From Basidiobolus meristosporus CBS 931.73 (taxonomy: Eukaryota; Fungi; Basidiobolomycota), in contig MCFE01000237.1 in NCBI GenBank assembly GCA_002104905.1, positions 1 to 64,000 of the forward strand: 64,000 nt of DNA, given 5' to 3'. Shown here in pieces: positions 63,661 to 64,000 of this stretch. The position numbers and the translations under genes were made by a program. A model generated the notes under the pieces. The model saw only the letters and a program-made list of their open reading frames with translations, was not told where the DNA came from and searched no databases. Position 1 is the first letter of the stretch. Every line of letters starts with the position of its first letter.

Positions 63661-64000
63661 TGGGTTTTTCTTGGAACAAATTTAGGATAGCGCTTTACTA
63701 ATTGCTCAGAAGTACCCAAGTCAGGAATTAACCTTATTTCGAAGTAATTCAGACGATTTCAACTTGTCACTTGATTTTGTTTATAAATATAGACACTTAA
63801 GTTCATGTCGAGTCCCGATATCCTTCACTAGGCGTATTTTTTAGCATCATCGTATGTATTTGTATTATTCAATATGCATCAATGAAGCCCGCACCTTATG
63901 CTTACTAGATCATATTACTTCCGCTTCAATCACAATGTCCTTATTACTCGTACTTGATTTGTTGAAAGTACAAATCTACGCAGTGGAGATGTTACTATTC

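Overview
This is gene-dense, intron-rich fungal nuclear DNA with short GT-AG introns and CTAAC-type branch points. Gene content and style suggest an early-diverging, non-Dikarya fungus such as a Basidiobolus-like zoopagomycete; this is inference only. About 25 protein genes can be supported. Most are housekeeping: ZNHIT2-like, UBC6, an HMG-box protein, NADPH-P450 reductase, LARP1, HOS2-type HDAC, NDC80, RWDD2, CMC1, NIPA, dienelactone hydrolase, SAR1, VPS68, BET3, an NDT80/PhoG-family factor, RNR1, a ZIP transporter, RPS23, HAUS1, ABCF2/ARB1 and CCDC174-like. No tRNA, rRNA, CRISPR array or intact transposase/RT ORF was recognised. Four things stand out. (1) A dispersed, modular, partly fold-back repeat family occurs at three loci (~1-940, ~42.2-43.3 kb, ~63.1-63.7 kb) and shares an invariant GTGTGCAAAGT core; one copy is almost free of CpG, and two loci lie next to apparently homologous membrane-protein remnants. 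(2) An accessory stretch at ~37.5-46 kb holds an intronless, bacterial-looking stand-alone ThiE/TenI-fold gene, an intronless InhA-like DJ-1/PfpI gene and an interstitial (TTAGGG)3 tract. (3) There is a CFEM-like GPI-anchored protein. (4) The augmin HAUS1 gene has an unusual phospho-motif-rich N-terminal extension. Exon boundaries were read by eye, and spans for spliced genes run from start to stop codon.
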